From the human T2T-CHM13v2.0 reference genome, Homo sapiens: 64,000 nucleotides of DNA. The notes beneath the pieces are model-generated. The model was not told the origin of the DNA. It worked only from the letters and a program-made list of their open reading frames with translations, and did no database searches. The stretch's first letter is position 1. The number at the start of each line of letters is the position of its first letter. Below, piece after piece: positions 59,564 to 64,000 of this stretch. Position numbers and translations under genes: made by a program. Location: the NCBI RefSeq assembly GCF_009914755.1, contig NC_060930.1; one strand, 5' to 3'.

Positions 59564-60479
59564 AGCAGAACTCTTTTCTTCCTCCTTTTGCCCTCACTCT
59601 ATTCTGTTGACATCATTGTGTCAATTTGGAATTCAGTCGGCCTTTCTGTAAGGTTCCTGGGGGAAAACCTCATCTTGTTCATAACTGTATACGTAGCACA
59701 GAGCACAGTACCCACCACTTAGGAGGCACTCAATCAATATTTCTTTAGTATAATTGAATTAATGGTCATAAATTGCTCTGTGTCTAGATAGCAAGCGTCT
59801 TTCTCCTCTCATCAGCCATTTTCACTCAGATTTTGTGTAGGGGTCAGGACTGACAGCCTGCCTTTCAACAGGCCCCAAATTTCATCTCTTGAGGAAACTG
59901 GGAAAGGAGTCAGGGTATAGGTGAACTTCTAGATCTTTCCCTGGGTCTCTGTGCTAAGACCCTTCAGTGAGTATTGAGGCATCAGTTCAAGTGGGAAAGG
60001 TGACGCCCTGTGATTGCTTTTTCTACTTATTCATGTATTTTAAAAACAAATAAGAATTTTGGAATGCCTTGTTTTCAATTCTAGTCACCATTCTCATGCA
60101 GTGCAGGTCATCTGAGGTTCTTAAACTAATTGGGAAATGTAACAGAATGTTCAGTACTGTGTCTTCATTTTCTTTAGAGAAACCAAAACGCGTGAGATTA
60201 AGTGACTTGCCAAAGGAGATCTCTTAGCTGTTGGTGAAATAAAAAGAAATGCTTATTCTTCTTCTATCCAATCCTGGACCCCATCCCCATATCTTTTTTA
60301 AAAAATGGGAAAATGAAATTGGGTATTCTGGAAAGGCTCTTTTCAAAGTTCTAGTGTTTTAGAGTTATTATAATCATTTTTTTACTTTATTTACTCTCTT
60401 ATCACCCAGAGGATATTGATTGACCAGACTTTGCAAAAGACACACTGCTACATCTGAGACTTGAACTCAACTAGAGCTA

Positions 60480-60620
60480 GCCTTAAGTTTGATCCTGGCT
60501 CTTAGTGGCTGTGTAAACTTAGACCAATCACTTAACTCCCCTAAGTCTCAGTTTCTCATCAGTTGAACTCATTTGGAGGGAGTATAAAAAGATATGATTG
60601 ACTTTGACCCCAAATATTTG
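60480..60620 (+). mobile_element. MIR fragment (a second, antisense fragment lies at about 60165-60285)
   Basis: 'atcacttaactcccctaagtctcagtttctcatc'. Confidence 0.65.
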
Positions 60621-63199
60621 TTCTTTAACCAGACACATGTGCATAATAATCTCCAGACTAAGAGTGCCACAGCATAAAGAAACCATCCCCAGACTGTAGT
60701 TCCATATTAGAAGCATGTTTGAGTGCAGGAGAAGGGGATGAGTCAGAAGAGTGAGCAAAGCATTTGAAAAGTTCAGCTGAAACCTAAAAACATTGCTTTA
60801 GGTTTTGATTAAGGAACCATTAATTTTATTTTAACAGATTCAAATGGTCTTTTTGGTTCAGCAATGGTAGAAGAAATTGCGCTCTTTAACTAAATCTCTT
60901 CCCATCCTTACCTGCTTTTCTCCATTGCCTCTCTCTGTGGTGGCTGTCCTCCTGCAACTGAAGCCCTTTGTTGGGTGCTTATTTTTCACAAACTATTAGC
61001 CTGTCATGCAGGCTTATTTTCTACCAGCTACTTCTATAGAATCTGGAAAGCTCGTTGGTCTAGTTGATAAAGTTACAGCCCAAAGCTCCATAATTCCAGA
61101 GATCTAATTCTGGGACAAAAAATCCCTGGCTGGCTGACTTGAGGAAAAAAAGCCATTTGTTATTATTTTGTTCCATCTCACGCTCTTTGTAGATTTGACA
61201 TAACTATACCCTAAAGAAGGGCTGACGAATACTATCAGTATTGATAATTCAAGATAGTTTATGTATTTAATGCATATTAATAAAATTGTATCCTTCTTTT
61301 TTCATTTATTTCTTGCTTGTCCTGCCATGCCTGTAAAAACTGTCAAATACACATTCTAGAATCACAACACAGACAGTGCTGATGAGGAAAGACTGCTGAG
61401 CAAAGCACCTGAGCTTCCCTAGCATGGTCTGTTCTGTCTCTGGCCCTGGCATCCACCCGAGACATCAAGGACCAAATCAAAAAGACTTAGTTCAGGAAGC
61501 AAATGTTTACTTTTATTTGAGGCAGAGTATACCAAAGGCCTGTAGTGATTCCTTTTAGCACTGGACATCAGGTAAGCTGGAAGGGATTACCCGGAGTGCT
61601 AACCCCTCTGTCAGCCCAGGCTGAGTCAAGCTGAAGCCTGAAAAACAGCAGCTGATGGCACTCTTACTTTCATTGTAGAGTTGCTTTTTGAGAAGTACGG
61701 AATTCAAAACAAGTAAAGGAAGGGTCTTTCTAGTCGCTGCTGTCTTCCAGCATTAGAAATAAACAGGCTGGAATCTTGAGGTTATTCTTGGAAGAAAGTG
61801 CTGAAATTAAACTGTCAGCCTTGATGCCAAATGATTGTTTTACCTTCTGGATTATGACTAAGAAAAAATTATGGAAACCCAGTGGATCATGATTTTCAGG
61901 AATTTCTCTTCAGTTGTCTAATAACCCCTTATGGGCTTGGTTCATTGACCTTAGAATTGATGATGAGGTTTAAAAAATACTTTTAGAAACTATTTTGTAA
62001 AAGTCTTTAATGATGGCCAATTATGACATGTTAATCTTAGGTAAAAGGTTTGGAAAGATGTACCATAGAATTCAGGAACATAGAAATAATAAAGCAGAAA
62101 TCATGGGATTTAGGGAAAAAATGGTGAAGGGATGATCTATTAAGAAGAAACTGTTTGAAATGGGGGAAAAATCTTCAAGAATTCAAGGCCCCTGACAGGG
62201 CCAAAGACAATTAAATAGGAAATATTGGTTGAAGTAGTTACTGGTTAGCCCTGGGATATTTTTCAAGTACATTTACTTCTGTGATCCAATGCCATCAGAA
62301 ATACGAAGGACACTGAGATGTGTCTGTGAATCATTCATGAGATGACTTTAAAATGATCTCTTTAATTAGTGATGACAACTGGCTGGTTAGTTTAGGGCCT
62401 CAGTGGACTGGATTAGATTAGGTCTGCCAGGGAGAGTATTCGGTGACCCAACACATGGAAGAAAGTTCTCCCATCTCATAAGAGCTGCAGGGCGTGGAAA
62501 CTCTCTGTCTGAGATAGCTGAAAAACACCTTTTGACTTTGAGAAGAGACATTTTAAAAGTGTTGATGATTGAAACAATGTGTTTTAGGAGAAAAAGACAT
62601 AAAAGAAATGGACTTCACACAGAGCAAAGACCTTCGTCATATTAAAGAAACAGAAATGAGAAACGATGTGCGTGACTCTCCCAGAAGGCCAGATAATGCA
62701 CTTTAATAGGGAGTAGAATAAGGTACTGTGTTTTCCACATCCTACATTTTCTCCCAAGATTCCAGCCTCCAAGCCCAAACTGACAGTATCTATGTGATAC
62801 CTGCAGCCTTTGACCTGTCTCCGAATTGCACTCATAGCAATCACCTCACAATGGCCCAGGAGAGGGCTTGATGATCTGAAAGCATAATCAAACTTTGGAG
62901 AGAGAATGGCCCCATAGACACTTTCACAGCAGTCTCACAACTTCCACATTCTCTGTCTATCTCTCTGGTGCCTTCTGTGGCCAAACCCAAACTCCTAAAA
63001 CTCTTAACTCCCCCAGGCAGGGGTGTCAGAGGTTCTGGCAGGTTGTCATACTATTGAGTTTGGAAACCTTGGACATTCCTTGGGTGAGCCTACTACTATG
63101 TTATCCAGCAGTTGTGTATCATAATCGGGCCTATTAGCAACATTTCAATATATTTATTTGTTTATTAATTAATTTTGTTATTTGCTAATGTGAAGTGAT

Positions 63200-63553
63200 A
63201 GCACAGATGGCAAATACAGAATGCCTGAAAAATATTTAACTACTTCTCACTATCTTTATACTCATCACTCTAGACCAGCTCACCATCAATTCTCACCTGG
63301 GTTATTTTGATTGTTTCTAACTGGGCCTTGCCTCTGTCCTTTGCCCCCTTTCAGTCTATTCTCCACAGGTGGCAGATCTTGTGAAGACATAATCCGGATG
63401 ATGTCACTCCTCTGCTCAAGAGCTTGCAATGGCTCCTTATTTCAAAGCCAAAGTCCTTTCAATGGCCTCTGAGGGCTGGGATAGCCTGGCTCCTCACTAA
63501 CTCTCTCTTCGTCCCCTACTGCTCTCCTCTGTGTTGTCTCTACTTCAGCCATA
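63200..63553 (+). mobile_element. L2a fragment
   Basis: 'atgtcactcctctgctcaag ... caatggctcc ... aaagccaaagtccttt'. Confidence 0.75.
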
Positions 63554-63900
63554 ATGGATGGAGGGAAGGATTGATGAAGCACAGGGGATATTTAGAGCAG
63601 TGAAAGTATTTCATATCATAGTATAATGGTAGATACATGACATTACGCATTTGCCAAAACCCATAGAACTCTACTACACAGAGTAAATCCTAATGTAATC
63701 TATGAACTTTAATTAATAATAATGTATCAATATTATTTCCTGAAAGTAACAAATGAACCATACTAATGCAAGATGTTAACAATAGGGGAAATTGGTGAAG
63801 GCGGGTAGCTTAGGATAATATGGGAAGTCTCTGGCGTTTTTTTTTCTGTTCAATTTTTCTATAAATCTAAAATTACTCTTTAAGAAACTATACATTTTTT
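63554..63900 (+). mobile_element. L1MC 3' UTR fragment
   Basis: 'ggtagatacatgacattacgcatttgccaaaacccatagaac ... taatgcaagatgttaacaatagggg'. Confidence 0.8.
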
Positions 63901-64000
63901 TTAAAAAAACAGAGGTCTTTTGCAAAGGCAGTGCATTCTTCTAATGTAAGGTCGTGGATGGATAAAGGGAAGAAAAGAGTGGAATGAAGATGTGAATTTA

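Larger units (their letters stand above)
57070..59765 (+). mobile_element. Long degenerate L2, interrupted by THE1 and an Alu
   Basis: Pyrimidine-rich L2 motifs. 3' end 'gtagcacagagcacagtacccaccacttaggaggcactcaatcaatattt'. Confidence 0.65.

Noticed and set aside
61378-61405. ctgatgag...gaaa hammerhead-like core
   Set aside because: There is no stem II between CUGAUGA and GAAA, and I could not build flanking stems.

Overview
Primate (human or ape-like) genomic DNA that is CpG-poor and dominated by transposable elements. I see no convincing protein-coding exon, CpG island, RNA gene or CRISPR array, so the window is intergenic or deep-intronic. The largest feature is a two-LTR HERV-H provirus (43768-49451, + strand). 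It has identical-length 434-bp LTR7B-like LTRs (18 differences by my count), a TAAAC target-site duplication (TSD), a tRNA-His primer-binding site and decayed gag/pro/pol. It sits inside an older LTR, which sits inside an L2. The rest is Alus, L1M fragments, MaLR/ERV solo LTRs, hAT MITEs, MIR and L2. The most unusual signal is a recurring set of local template-switch scars, where short inserts in repeats are copies of sequence 20 bp to 1.6 kb away, mostly inverted. Examples: 39130-39264 copies 40727-40842; 51208-51274 copies 51576-51633; 22472-22557 partly copies 23283-23311; there is a micro-inversion at 50122-50201. Repeat subfamily names come from my recall of consensus sequences and need RepeatMasker/Dfam confirmation. 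I found no evidence for a new protein-coding system.
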